Shown here piece by piece: positions 26,605 through 36,924 of a DNA stretch of 64,000 bases. Origin of the DNA: Candidatus Poribacteria bacterium (lineage in GTDB: Bacteria > Poribacteria > WGA-4E > PCPOR2b); NCBI GenBank assembly GCA_965116925.1, contig OZ220744.1, positions 4,512,001 to 4,576,000 on the forward strand. Direction: 5' to 3'. Every line of letters starts with the position of its first letter. The stretch's first letter is position 1. Both the position numbers and the translations under genes were made by a program. The notes beneath the pieces were generated by a model. That model saw only the letters and a list, made by a program, of their open reading frames with translations, did no database searches and was not told where the DNA came from.

Positions 26605-27992
26605 TGATTGCATCGGAAATAGACTCAACGAGTGGGGCTGCTATGATTGAACATCCACAACGTTTCATCTGGTTTTGTAGCACAGAATATGTTGCCCAAC
26701 ACCCTGATTCGTTAAAAAAACTCAGGGATGAAATTGGGCTGACTACCATTATGCCCGAAAGTTCGGTTTGCCACACATCAGGATTTCGTGCGTCAGACGA
26801 AATTGTCCGGCGGGGACCGTTTGAGGATTGGCGTTCCCGCGAGGCATTGTGGCCGAAGGCAAAAGACGGCATCTACCCCCCGGTGGCCGGCACAGTAGGT
26901 GGCTTTGATGATACACCGTTGCTGCGTGTCATCGAGGCGTGCCGTGAAGCTGGTATTGAGATTTGGGGACATCTCGGCTTGTGGAGCTACGGGGGTGATG
27001 TCTATCCAGAATACGCTATGATAGATATCTTCGGCAACCCCCTCGACACGCGCTACAAGCAGTGGGGGATCGGTCTGTGCCCAAGCCGCAGGCGAATCAA
27101 CGAGTGGACTCGCGATTGTCTGGTCGACGTGATTAAACGCTATGACATAGATGGGTTTGACGTGGACCATGCACGCTATCCCGCGCCAGCCAATATATCT
27201 GGACTTTTCGCGTGTGCGTGCGAGGCGTGCCAAGAGGAGGCACTCCGACTTGGCTACGATTTTCACTCAATGAAAGAGGGACTATTCCAACTTCATCGAG
27301 CCTTGAATCATCTAACACAGGAGCGGTTGCTCACGGGTTTGGAAGTCAATCTGAATTTCTGGGATTTTCTCTCCTACATCGGTGACAATTACGCGGTGCT
27401 GGAGTGGCTAAAATTCCGTGCGGTTGTTTTGGCAGAGCGGATGCGGGAATTTCGAGATGCGGTACGGTGTGCTGCTGGATCAGAGAAGGTATTTGGTAGT
27501 GATGTATTTCCTCCCTCTATTGCGCTATTGGGTGGGCATCTCTACGCGGAGTGGGAAGCTGCGACGGATTATCTCACCGGCGGAAGTTCGTTTGGCGGCG
27601 TCGTTGGGTGGGCGACAACAGTGACCAACCTAGCAACCGAGTGGGCAGCAGCGTTATGTCAGATTGTGTCCGGCTTGAATGAGGGGATAGCACTCCAAAC
27701 CATTTATCAGATGTTTGGATATGGCGATCTCGCGCTACCGCTTTCGGTGGCGGGGATTCAGGAGGAACCTCTGCCTCTGTCGGAGATGTACACCCGTGAG
27801 GTGACAAAGCTGAAGGCATTGACCAGTGGCAAGAGACCTCTCTATCCGCCGGTGTCTGCTTCTGGCGATCCGCAATTGGTGCGGGAGCTCTGCACCGCAG
27901 TTGTCGACCATCAATGCGATGGTGCCCTGTTTACGCTGAATCCGGAGGGAGATGAGAACCTCAAGATAATTCGGGAGGTTTTCGGTCGATAA
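26604..27992 (+). CDS. Hypothetical TIM-barrel, glycoside hydrolase-like protein
   Basis: LCPS...YDIDGFDVDHARY and a C.CEAC motif, typical of GH-like TIM-barrel hypotheticals. Confidence 0.6.
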   Translation: MIASEIDSTSGAAMIEHPQRFIWFCSTEYVAQHPDSLKKLRDEIGLTTIMPESSVCHTSGFRASDEIVRRGPFEDWRSREALWPKAKDGIYPPVAGTVGGFDDTPLLRVIEACREAGIEIWGHLGLWSYGGDVYPEYAMIDIFGNPLDTRYKQWGIGLCPSRRRINEWTRDCLVDVIKRYDIDGFDVDHARYPAPANISGLFACACEACQEEALRLGYDFHSMKEGLFQLHRALNHLTQERLLTGLEVNLNFWDFLSYIGDNYAVLEWLKFRAVVLAERMREFRDAVRCAAGSEKVFGSDVFPPSIALLGGHLYAEWEAATDYLTGGSSFGGVVGWATTVTNLATEWAAALCQIVSGLNEGIALQTIYQMFGYGDLALPLSVAGIQEEPLPLSEMYTREVTKLKALTSGKRPLYPPVSASGDPQLVRELCTAVVDHQCDGALFTLNPEGDENLKIIREVFGR

Positions 27993-28058
27993 TGCGCTTC
28001 ACTGATAGAGGACAGTATTGCATCTAACTTTCATCTTAATCTTTGGGAGATTAGTCCA

Positions 28059-29102
28059 ATGCGTGACACAGATCAGGATCTGTGGACAGATCCGCGTTGT
28101 ACCACCCTTTCGATCGAAAGATTCGGACCGTTTATTAAACTCGCTGACGGAAAGATCTTGACAATTGAAGACAATGCAACGGTTGTCAGTGCGGACAAGG
28201 GTGAGACTTGGTCGGCACCGCGCCCGATATACGCTGGGCAGGGACCCGGAAAACCGAGTAGTAGTGGGGTGATGGTACGCACACATGAAGGTATTATCGT
28301 TTTCGTTTACATGGATATGGAGGGCTTCAAGTGGGTTTGGGATGATGACCTCCACCAAGCGGCCGAAGATGTTAATCTCAATGTGTGGGCGATTCGTAGC
28401 GACGATGAGGGATTGACGTGGTCCGGACGGCAGCAAATTTTCGAGGGTTACTGCGGGGCACTGATCCACATGATTCAGACCTCCACCGGCGAGGTCGTTG
28501 TGCCGATTCAGCGGTTGTTACGCAATCCGGACCGACACGGCATCTGCGTTTATGTCTCTGCGGATAGCGGCGAGACTTGGCAGCACAGCAATATCATTGA
28601 TCTCGGCGGACACGGGCACCACGACGGTGCAATGGAACCTACACTGGTCGAACTGTCCGATGGGCGATTGTGGCTATTGATACGGACAAATCTCGGCAAG
28701 TTTTGGTCGGCATATTCATGGGACAAGGGTTTGTCGTGGCGTGTGATACAACCGACCGATATTGACGCTAGCAGTGCGCCGGCGGCGATGCTCCGTCTTG
28801 CAAGCGGTCGATTGGCGTTGGTGTGGAACCGCTTTTGTCCTGAAGGCACAACGAGTTATCCACTACGTGGTGGGGATAACAACTTGTCTTCAGTGGCAAC
28901 GAGTTGGCATCGCGAGGAAGTTTCGCTCGCGTTTTCGGATGATGAGGGTGAGACTTGGTCTGAGCCGGTCGTGATCCTACGCATGAAAGGCAGGGGGCCA
29001 TCATATCCGCATCTCTTTGAACCGGATCCCGGCGAACTTTGGGTGACGACACAGTTCAGAGATAAGATAGCAATGCGCTTGCGAGAATCTGATTTTGTGT
29101 AG
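28059..29102 (+). CDS. Sialidase-like BNR/Asp-box propeller protein
   Basis: Five S.D.G.TW Asp boxes plus EPTLVELSDG and SYP motifs. Confidence 0.85.
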   Translation: MRDTDQDLWTDPRCTTLSIERFGPFIKLADGKILTIEDNATVVSADKGETWSAPRPIYAGQGPGKPSSSGVMVRTHEGIIVFVYMDMEGFKWVWDDDLHQAAEDVNLNVWAIRSDDEGLTWSGRQQIFEGYCGALIHMIQTSTGEVVVPIQRLLRNPDRHGICVYVSADSGETWQHSNIIDLGGHGHHDGAMEPTLVELSDGRLWLLIRTNLGKFWSAYSWDKGLSWRVIQPTDIDASSAPAAMLRLASGRLALVWNRFCPEGTTSYPLRGGDNNLSSVATSWHREEVSLAFSDDEGETWSEPVVILRMKGRGPSYPHLFEPDPGELWVTTQFRDKIAMRLRESDFV

Positions 29103-29295
29103 CCTTGTGCTATTATAACGCAAGTTGCTAGTTAAACTGTAGATATAGTTTCTATGTGCAAATCAGTTACAGCATAAAGAGTATGGCTGCTACCAACAAC
29201 TTAAGGCGAAGAGTCATCTATTATTTGTTGTTATACGTTGTAAAGACGCTACACCCACGCGTACTCAAATATCGGTAGTGTGAGTAGCAGCTGGC

Positions 29296-29904
29296 TCAAA
29301 ATTTGGTGGAATTCCGGTGTTGCTGTGGAGATTCCGGGGCTTCTGGCGAGATTGATACCTTTACGCCCGGTTTCTTTGGTTTCAAAGATTGTCTATCAAT
29401 ATCCTCAGGCAATCCTTGAGGGAAACGGGCATAGGCACGAAACGCCTCCAACGATTTTTCAGGGTATGTTATTTGTGGCTCATGAGATCTAGTTCCTGTT
29501 ACACAGGATCCTCCGATTATCCACGCTGGTGCACTCAAGACCAGAAAAGCCCCATGAGAGATAGTTGACAGTATACCCAGACATGTCCATCCTGCGAGCT
29601 GACCATGTTCTGCGTTATAAGCGGTTAATTTCATGTCGTAAATACTATCGGTCGAAATGGAAGTTAACGCCTCCACAGTTAAAATAAAAACTTGATTTAA
29701 GTCTATTGCAATTAACTCTCCCTGTATTGTTCGTTTTAAATCTCCGGTGCGATATCCGACAGATATCCAGCCACCAAAACCTTCGTGTTGAGCAACAGAC
29801 GGTCGTGGAAGCCACCCTTGGGGGGCTGTGGTACTAGCACAGCCTGATATGTGAATCAGTGTAACAAGCATAAGTATAACTCTGTATCTATTTAGGTTTT
29901 TCAT
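29296..29904 (-). CDS. Putative lipoprotein, hypothetical
   Basis: Lipobox ISGC, a later hydrophobic Gly-rich segment and FRAYARFPQGLP. It overlaps the stop of the upstream gene. Confidence 0.7.
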   Translation of the reverse strand: MKNLNRYRVILMLVTLIHISGCASTTAPQGWLPRPSVAQHEGFGGWISVGYRTGDLKRTIQGELIAIDLNQVFILTVEALTSISTDSIYDMKLTAYNAEHGQLAGWTCLGILSTISHGAFLVLSAPAWIIGGSCVTGTRSHEPQITYPEKSLEAFRAYARFPQGLPEDIDRQSLKPKKPGVKVSISPEAPESPQQHRNSTKF

Positions 29905-31492
29905 AACGACTGCTCCAGAATATCTCCTCCATATCAGGTTCAATCTTCTTAAACTCTGGTGCTAAAACACGCAGCGCACGTTCAGGATTAAACAGCATCA
30001 TCGCGGTAAGCGCAGGATTTTCATCGGCGAGCCACTCTTCGCGAATCCATTCGAGATAGTAACCACGACTTTCAAGGAAAAGTTCATAATCCTCGAAGTC
30101 CTTTGGCAGATGATAAATGAGGGTGTATGTTTCCCCTGGTAATGTTGTTAAAGCAACATTTGGATCAGTCAACAGTTGCTGTGCTTGATCAGCACTAACT
30201 CCATTCTGATTGACTGTAACAGGAGGCAGTCGAATGGGATTGAGTTGCTTGCCTAACTTAACCAATTTAACGGCATCAAGACGCCAATGCCCTTGTGTGA
30301 GACGCAGGCGGATTTTCACTCGTTCCCGCTTTATGAGGGGTAATTTCACAAGATGGACATCAGTGGCTAGTGGTCCTGTCTCATTGACTTTCCCAACGGG
30401 GATCCACTCGTCCGTTTCATCCTGCAAAAGCACTTCAATTCCCCCAAGTGTTCGCCCGATACCGGTACTTGCTTTTTCAACGGTCACATCGCGTCTTTCA
30501 AGAGCTGCAATCCATTCTCCCACGGAACGTCCCATATAGGCGAGTCCTTGATAAAATAAAAACGTGCTCATCAGGGTTTGCCGGGCTGCAATGACGACTC
30601 CAGTGCGATCATCTGGCATAGCATCAAATTCGATGTCAATTGTTTCACGCGTGGCAAGATATTCGGGATCGGCTTCACTGAATCGCTCCTGTCCATCAAT
30701 GCTTCGGAGTAGGGGCAGACAATCTCCCTCCGGCGCAGAAGCCGCACTAGGATTAACGATTGTATCAGTTTCCCAAAAAGTTCCATCACCTGCTGAAAAA
30801 ATCCGTTCTCCTGACTGTCGTTTTACCGCGAGCAGATCTACGTAGCGCACCACATGGGTTTCAAGTGCCTCATTTTTCATCTGAATTTCAAAGCAGCGAT
30901 CTGTTGGTTGTGCGTGATACAGTGCATCAATATCTGATGCTTCAAGAACAGGTGCGACACTTGCAGAGAACCCTTCCGCTTGAAGGATGGGGTGATTACC
31001 GTCTGAAACATAAAAGGTTGGACATGAACCAAAACACGCCTTTGGATTAGCAAGGCAGAACGCGGTTAGCACGATTGAGGCACCAGTGATTATTGTCATT
31101 GAGGCGATAGTTGAGGAAGGTTTCGCAGTGTTGGTTTCAAAAATCGCAACCGAATCAATTGGTATCGTAAATTCACCCTTTCGCAGAGTTTCTCGGTTGA
31201 TATTAAGGATTTCCCCTTGTCCGGTAACCATTTGGTTTTCTGAATCAACCTTCCACGATGACAGGATATAGACTTTCCCATTGTGCATGTGTGCTTTTAA
31301 GAAGGGTGAATTGCTATCAAGGGATTGGAACTGTGTGGGTACGGTAAGTCTTCGTTCTAGCACATGAAGGTCGCAGCCGATAAATGTGACTGTAACTAAA
31401 ATTGTCCAACATAGTAAACCTCTGTACTTACGTTTGGGCTTTGATAAAACATGGCTAAACCATCTTTTAAACCTCATAAATTTGATGACCAT
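29888..31492 (-). CDS. Putative lipoprotein with internal hydrophobic helix and CFGSCP motif, hypothetical
   Basis: 534-aa ORF with lipobox FIGC, FCLANPKACFGSCPTFY and RGYYLEW. Confidence 0.75.
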   Translation of the reverse strand: MVIKFMRFKRWFSHVLSKPKRKYRGLLCWTILVTVTFIGCDLHVLERRLTVPTQFQSLDSNSPFLKAHMHNGKVYILSSWKVDSENQMVTGQGEILNINRETLRKGEFTIPIDSVAIFETNTAKPSSTIASMTIITGASIVLTAFCLANPKACFGSCPTFYVSDGNHPILQAEGFSASVAPVLEASDIDALYHAQPTDRCFEIQMKNEALETHVVRYVDLLAVKRQSGERIFSAGDGTFWETDTIVNPSAASAPEGDCLPLLRSIDGQERFSEADPEYLATRETIDIEFDAMPDDRTGVVIAARQTLMSTFLFYQGLAYMGRSVGEWIAALERRDVTVEKASTGIGRTLGGIEVLLQDETDEWIPVGKVNETGPLATDVHLVKLPLIKRERVKIRLRLTQGHWRLDAVKLVKLGKQLNPIRLPPVTVNQNGVSADQAQQLLTDPNVALTTLPGETYTLIYHLPKDFEDYELFLESRGYYLEWIREEWLADENPALTAMMLFNPERALRVLAPEFKKIEPDMEEIFWSSRYEKPK

Positions 31493-32146
31493 TACTGTTC
31501 CTTTCTACAATATATATCCTGTATGAATTTGAAACCGCCTCGACGAGTTACTTTCGACGGGTAGATTATAGCGAATGCTGTAACTTAATACAATGCTTTA
31601 TTTATTTTAACTGAGTAACCCTGCCTTGAAAACTTGACGTGATTTAAAAAAGAAAATATAATGACGAAAGCAGCTAAAATTTAAGTGAGGAGTGCTCATA
31701 ATTATTTGTCTGAATCAGGATATTCAGGATTTAAGGATTTTCAGGATTAGATGGCTCAAATTGACCACCTATGACGATTTACGGTGAACGAGCAAAGTCA
31801 GAAACGTTGTTCGCGGAGTTACGGCGCACGGGACCTCGATGCATCCCTGATAAATCAGGACAGGTGGGATTCAAAGCAATGTGCTTATTGCTTTTAATCG
31901 TGCAGAGAAACCGAGTTTTAAAGAAAAAACTCGGTTTCTGTTTCCCCGATTTGTTCACACGAGCGTATGTGTGAGCCATCAATGAACTGAGGTATCTATT
32001 TATGAATCCCTCTTCAATTTAAGTGAGGAATTCAAAAAATGTTAAAAACTGACAAGGGTATTGATACTCCGGCCTGGGTGCAGTGAGTTAGTAAGAAGGA
32101 ACCACTAAACTGTAAATGAGAATTAGACAAAAAGGGAAGAGGTGAA

Positions 32147-32935
32147 ATGTCTAACTACGAAACGCTTGGATGGAACTTGAGCGATGGGGTTGCTACAATC
32201 ACGTTCAATCGGCCTCGGGCGGGAAACGCGTTAACAATGCAGATGGGACAGGAACTGATGGAGGCCTCAATCCGTTGCGATGACGATCCTGAGGTGCGAG
32301 TGGTGGTGCTAACGGGTGCAGGACGGATGTTCTGTGTCGGGGCAGACCTAAAGCACTTTCCGTCAGCCGGACCGAAAATGGCAACTGAAATTAAGGTGCT
32401 CACGACTTGGTTACACGCAGCTATCTCGCGCTTCGCACGGATGGACGCGCCACTAATTTGTGCCGTCAATGGGACAGCAGCCGGGGCAGGGATGAGTTTA
32501 GCACTAATCGGGGATATGGCACTAGCAGCGGAATCCGCACAGTTTACGATGGCTTACTCACGGATCGCGCTAACACCGGACTGCTCCGCGACCTACTATC
32601 TGCCACGGCTCGTGGGGTTCCGCCGGGCGTTTGAACTGTACTTGACTAGCCAGAGACTCTCAGCATCAGAAGCGGAAACGTGGGGGTTGGTCAACCGGGT
32701 AGTGAAGGATGATGCGCTGGCAGCGGAAACACAGGTGCTCGCAGCACAACTAGCAGCAGGCCCAACACAGGCGATCGGTGCGACCAAACGGCTATTCCAT
32801 AGTGCATGGACAGAATCACTAGAATCACAAATGGAGCAGGAGACACGGACAATCACAAACGCCGCTCGGTGTCCTGAAGCAGCGGAAGGCTTAAAGGCCT
32901 TCTTCGAGAAGCGGAAACCCAACTTCTGTGGTTGA
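32147..32935 (+). CDS. Enoyl-CoA hydratase/isomerase (PaaG-like)
   Basis: FNRP..GNAL, FCVGADL, AVNGTAAGAG, TPD and AFFEKRKPNF motifs. Confidence 0.9.
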   Translation: MSNYETLGWNLSDGVATITFNRPRAGNALTMQMGQELMEASIRCDDDPEVRVVVLTGAGRMFCVGADLKHFPSAGPKMATEIKVLTTWLHAAISRFARMDAPLICAVNGTAAGAGMSLALIGDMALAAESAQFTMAYSRIALTPDCSATYYLPRLVGFRRAFELYLTSQRLSASEAETWGLVNRVVKDDALAAETQVLAAQLAAGPTQAIGATKRLFHSAWTESLESQMEQETRTITNAARCPEAAEGLKAFFEKRKPNFCG

Positions 32936-33026
32936 ATATGGATATGTTAACATTAACCTTATCTGATAGGTAATGGCCACAAATGGTTTCATTCCTTAAA
33001 ACCTGTTAATAAAGAGAGAAGAATTG

Positions 33027-34007
33027 ATGAACAACAATAGACCGACGCGCATCGCCGATGTGATCGGTGGGCACATTCATCCAGCGATCTGTGTCACGCA
33101 GAGTGGGTCACTACTTGCTGTCTATAATAAAGAGGGCGGTGGTGGGAAGGAACTGCTGTTAAGCCGATCCAACGATGGCGGCATGGCGTGGAGTCCTTCC
33201 ACTCCCATTCCTACCATCCGTAACTGTTCAATCTATCCCGGCTCGTTGACAACCTTGAGCGATGGACGAATTTTGCTCAATTGGTCCTGCTATCATAAAG
33301 CGGGAGAAAGGTTGTGGCGGGAACCGCAATTTTCGATCAGTTCCGACGAGGGCGAAACGTGGTCAGAATCGCGGGATTACCCCATCACTGACCATACCAA
33401 CTATACTTGTATGCGCCATGCACCGGTCGAATGGTCAACCGATGCGTGGGTGTGTCCGTTCTATGACCGTACCGTGCTTTACGATATGGGGACGAATCAG
33501 ATTCGGACTTTTGGCGATGGACGCAACCACGGCATGGTGCCGATTGTGCGTACCCCCACAGGAACGCTAATTAGCGGTGCCCCGCAGACGGTTGCGCCCG
33601 TGCCGGTAGGGGTGCCGGGGAACATGGTCAGAGGGCTTCGTTCAACGAATGACGGTAACACATGGCACGCGTTAAATGCCTTTCCGCACTTTGGGGTTGC
33701 TGGATATGACCTAACTATATTGACAAACGGTTGGATTGCCTTAACCTACATTGTCTACGGCGTTGGCGTGGATGGGGAGTTTAGCTACGAACTGATTGTA
33801 TCGCGTGATGATGGGGCAACGTGGGATATTGAGGGCGCAATTGAAGTTCACAATCCGGGCAGGCGCATCATGGGGCGAGGCTGGCCCCGCACGGTGCAGA
33901 TTGATGCTGAGACCCTTGGCACCCTCTTTTATGATCTCAATCAGGATCAGCCCGGTGGACCGGGGGTGTTCTTTGTTCGGATACCACTGACGCGCCTGGG
34001 CGGTTGA
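33027..34007 (+). CDS. Sialidase-like BNR/Asp-box protein
   Basis: SNDGGMAW, SSDEGETW, STNDGNTW and SRDDGATW Asp boxes. Confidence 0.8.
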   Translation: MNNNRPTRIADVIGGHIHPAICVTQSGSLLAVYNKEGGGGKELLLSRSNDGGMAWSPSTPIPTIRNCSIYPGSLTTLSDGRILLNWSCYHKAGERLWREPQFSISSDEGETWSESRDYPITDHTNYTCMRHAPVEWSTDAWVCPFYDRTVLYDMGTNQIRTFGDGRNHGMVPIVRTPTGTLISGAPQTVAPVPVGVPGNMVRGLRSTNDGNTWHALNAFPHFGVAGYDLTILTNGWIALTYIVYGVGVDGEFSYELIVSRDDGATWDIEGAIEVHNPGRRIMGRGWPRTVQIDAETLGTLFYDLNQDQPGGPGVFFVRIPLTRLGG

Positions 34008-34038
34008 GGTAAGATACCCGAACCAAGAAAGGTTTTTC

Positions 34039-35493
34039 ATGTCTTCCAAGCATTCTTGGAAACGGTTCATCTTCATCTTAGTCGACGGTTCACCCTACCA
34101 GGTCTTTAACGATTTAGTCCAAGATGGCACTCTCCCAAACATCAAGAAATATGTGATAGACCGAGGTTCCTTCAAAAAAGCCGTTACCGCGTTTCCATCA
34201 ACAACAGGTCCGGCCTTCATCCCATTTTTTACGGGACAGTTTCCGGGTCCTGCGAATATCCCCGGTATCCGTTGGCTATCCAAAAAGCAGTTCCAAAACC
34301 CGCACCGATTCCGCAGCCCCGGAATATGCAGTTACATGGGGAGGGAAGCACTCTTTTTTTCAGCACACCTGCCGGACAGTCCAACCTTGTTCGACTTCTT
34401 CTCACCTGTGAATAATATCTATAATATTTTGACACGCGGCTGCCCACCATCGAGTAACTCAACTCGTTGGATAAAGCCGCTGGTATACACCTATGCCCAC
34501 TTCTCTAAGCGGTGGCAGTTTGCGAATATCATCGCCTCCCGGAAGTTACTGAAAGCTGTTAAAGGAGGCACTGAGTTTGTGATGTGCCTCTTTCCCGCTG
34601 TGGACACATTTTCACATCTGTCACATACGCGAGCACCCAATGTCATTGATGCCTATCGAGAGGTGGACCGAGCTGTTGGCGCGGTTTGCCAAATCTTGCA
34701 AGCGTCAAATGAATTTGATAATACCCTGATTATGATAACAAGTGATCACGGGATGAGCAACACCCACACGCATATTGACCTCCCACGTCACTTGGATAAT
34801 TTGGGTTGGCGTTGTCTCCACTATCCACTACTCTGGAGACAGCGAACCCAATCCGCCAGCATGGTTTCAGGGAACGGGATGACACATCTCTATTTTAGGG
34901 AGGGAGCGAGTGGGAACGGGAGATCCACCTCCAAGCCACAGAACGGTTGGGGTGAGCGTCTTTCTTTTGAACGATTGAGTCGGATGGGGGCCGTCCAACC
35001 ACTGTTAGAAATTGAAGGATTGGCTTTCGTTGCGGGGCAAAGCGATGATGGATCCATCATTGTACAAAACAGGAGCGGAGTCGGGAAAATCACCTGCGAA
35101 GCCGAAACTTTTTCGTATCAGTTTCAGGGGGACGATCCGTTGGGATACGGAATCCCCTATCAGAACCTGTCTTTCCGCGATGCGCTCATTCAAACCTATG
35201 AATCTGAGTACCCTGATGGACTGGTTCAACTCTGGCAAATTTTTCAAGGGGACCGAACGGGCGATCTAGTGCTGAGTGCCGACCCCGGATACGACTTGCG
35301 CGCCCGCTATGAATATCCTGAGCATCACGCGACTCACGGAGCCCTCAATGCAGAACAGATGTTCGTACCGCTCGCGATCAATCTTCCCATCGAAACAGAG
35401 TTTATCCGGACTGCTGATCTATTCCCGACCGTTTTAAGCCAGTTCGGACGTACTGTGGATCCGAGTCAAATTGATGGACAAATCCTTTGCTAA
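34039..35493 (+). CDS. Alkaline phosphatase superfamily protein (nucleotide pyrophosphatase/phosphodiesterase type)
   Basis: LVDG, FPSTT nucleophile, DTFSH, TSDHG and ATHG motifs. Confidence 0.88.
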   Translation: MSSKHSWKRFIFILVDGSPYQVFNDLVQDGTLPNIKKYVIDRGSFKKAVTAFPSTTGPAFIPFFTGQFPGPANIPGIRWLSKKQFQNPHRFRSPGICSYMGREALFFSAHLPDSPTLFDFFSPVNNIYNILTRGCPPSSNSTRWIKPLVYTYAHFSKRWQFANIIASRKLLKAVKGGTEFVMCLFPAVDTFSHLSHTRAPNVIDAYREVDRAVGAVCQILQASNEFDNTLIMITSDHGMSNTHTHIDLPRHLDNLGWRCLHYPLLWRQRTQSASMVSGNGMTHLYFREGASGNGRSTSKPQNGWGERLSFERLSRMGAVQPLLEIEGLAFVAGQSDDGSIIVQNRSGVGKITCEAETFSYQFQGDDPLGYGIPYQNLSFRDALIQTYESEYPDGLVQLWQIFQGDRTGDLVLSADPGYDLRARYEYPEHHATHGALNAEQMFVPLAINLPIETEFIRTADLFPTVLSQFGRTVDPSQIDGQILC

Positions 35494-36512
35494 ATCAACT
35501 CCTCGTTGTACGCGAACAGTGCCGGTGTGCCGCCGGTATGCAGAAAAATTACCGTCTCATCGGAGGAGATTCGCCCCTTTCGGATGTGATCAACCAAGCC
35601 GGCGAACCCCTTACTTGTGTAGGAGGGGTCGAGGAAGATTCCCTCTGTTTGCGCCACTAGTTTCAGGGCGTCAACACATTCGGGCGTGAGGATACCGTAA
35701 TCTTCTCCCACATAATCATCGGTGTTACGTACATCGTCATCGTTAATAACGATATCAATCCCCAAGATTTCTGCTGCATCGTTTGCAGCATTTCGGATGC
35801 GCTCTGCTCTATCCGCCCAGCCGATTGGCGCGATTCCAAAGGGTTTCAGGTTCATGCCCAGTGCTTTCGTTCCGAGGATCAATCCGCCTTGTGTTCCGCC
35901 CGCTGAAGCCGCGTAAATCCAATCGGCATCAATCCCCATCGCCCCCTGCTGTTCGTGGATTTCGGCAATACACCACGAAAAGGCAACGGCGGCGAGAGCT
36001 GTTGATCTGGGGGCAGCTAGGACGTGAGGTTTAAGACCCTTTTCCTTCAATTCTTCGGCGAGAGCATATTTAACAGCGTCAAGTTCGGCCCCCATAGATG
36101 CGTCAACAAATTCAACGTCTGCGCCAGCCAAATCGTCTAGCAGTACATTCCCCTGCCTGACGCTTTTATTGTCCCGAGAGAGCCGAAGATAACACTTCAA
36201 CCCCAATTTTGCCGAAGCGGCGGCAGCTTGCCGACAATGGTTTGATTGCGAGGCAGCACCTTGAATGATTGTGTCCGCTCCCTGATTGACTCCATCGCCG
36301 ATTGTAAAGGTTAATTGGCGCACCTTGTTCCCGCCGAACGCAAGTCCTGAACAGTCCTCACGTTTGATGAGGATGCGGGGACCGCCCAACGCTTGTGATA
36401 AGCGCGGACACTCTTCCAAAGGTGTTGGAAAATGTCCGAGATCGACCTGTGGGAGTTGGTTTATTTTTTTACAAAGTTGCTCTCTGGTAATGACAGCGTT
36501 TGACAAACTCAT
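35490..36512 (-). CDS. D-cysteine desulfhydrase / ACC deaminase family PLP enzyme
   Basis: PTPL, KRED.SG...GGNKVR, QSNHCR, LDPSYTSK and FLHTGG motifs. Confidence 0.9.
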   Translation of the reverse strand: MSLSNAVITREQLCKKINQLPQVDLGHFPTPLEECPRLSQALGGPRILIKREDCSGLAFGGNKVRQLTFTIGDGVNQGADTIIQGAASQSNHCRQAAAASAKLGLKCYLRLSRDNKSVRQGNVLLDDLAGADVEFVDASMGAELDAVKYALAEELKEKGLKPHVLAAPRSTALAAVAFSWCIAEIHEQQGAMGIDADWIYAASAGGTQGGLILGTKALGMNLKPFGIAPIGWADRAERIRNAANDAAEILGIDIVINDDDVRNTDDYVGEDYGILTPECVDALKLVAQTEGIFLDPSYTSKGFAGLVDHIRKGRISSDETVIFLHTGGTPALFAYNEELI

Positions 36513-36904
36513 GATTTTTCCTCTTCAACCAACAATTCTTTTAATAAATTGGTCAATTCTTCGTTTCCTGATGTTAGCTCAAATACGCGTTTTATTTTAT
36601 CTTCGCGGTCAGTCTTGGACAGTCCACCCTCTGGCTCCCAGATGACCTCCAGTTGTCTAGGGTTGAGGCGGTCATAGTTGACTTTGACGATAGTGAGAGG
36701 GTAATTATCCGGCACCAGTATAATCCAGTCGACGGTTTCGCCTCGATCCGAATATTGACGGTCCGTTGTCAGCCGTCGATCGTTATGGGGGACCTCCCGC
36801 TTAATCCACTGTTTGCGCCCGAACGAATCTGTTTCATAATGTCCCACTTCCAGCCAACTGCGCCCTGCACCGTTGGGTTTGGTTGTAACATTAATCTGTG
36901 GCAC
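36509..36904 (-). CDS. Hypothetical protein inside an operon
   Basis: GTG start after a GGAGG RBS. The stop overlaps the next start (ATGA). No family recognised. Confidence 0.65.
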   Translation of the reverse strand: MPQINVTTKPNGAGRSWLEVGHYETDSFGRKQWIKREVPHNDRRLTTDRQYSDRGETVDWIILVPDNYPLTIVKVNYDRLNPRQLEVIWEPEGGLSKTDREDKIKRVFELTSGNEELTNLLKELLVEEEKS

Positions 36905-36924
36905 CGCTGTCCTCCCCTTCCTAT

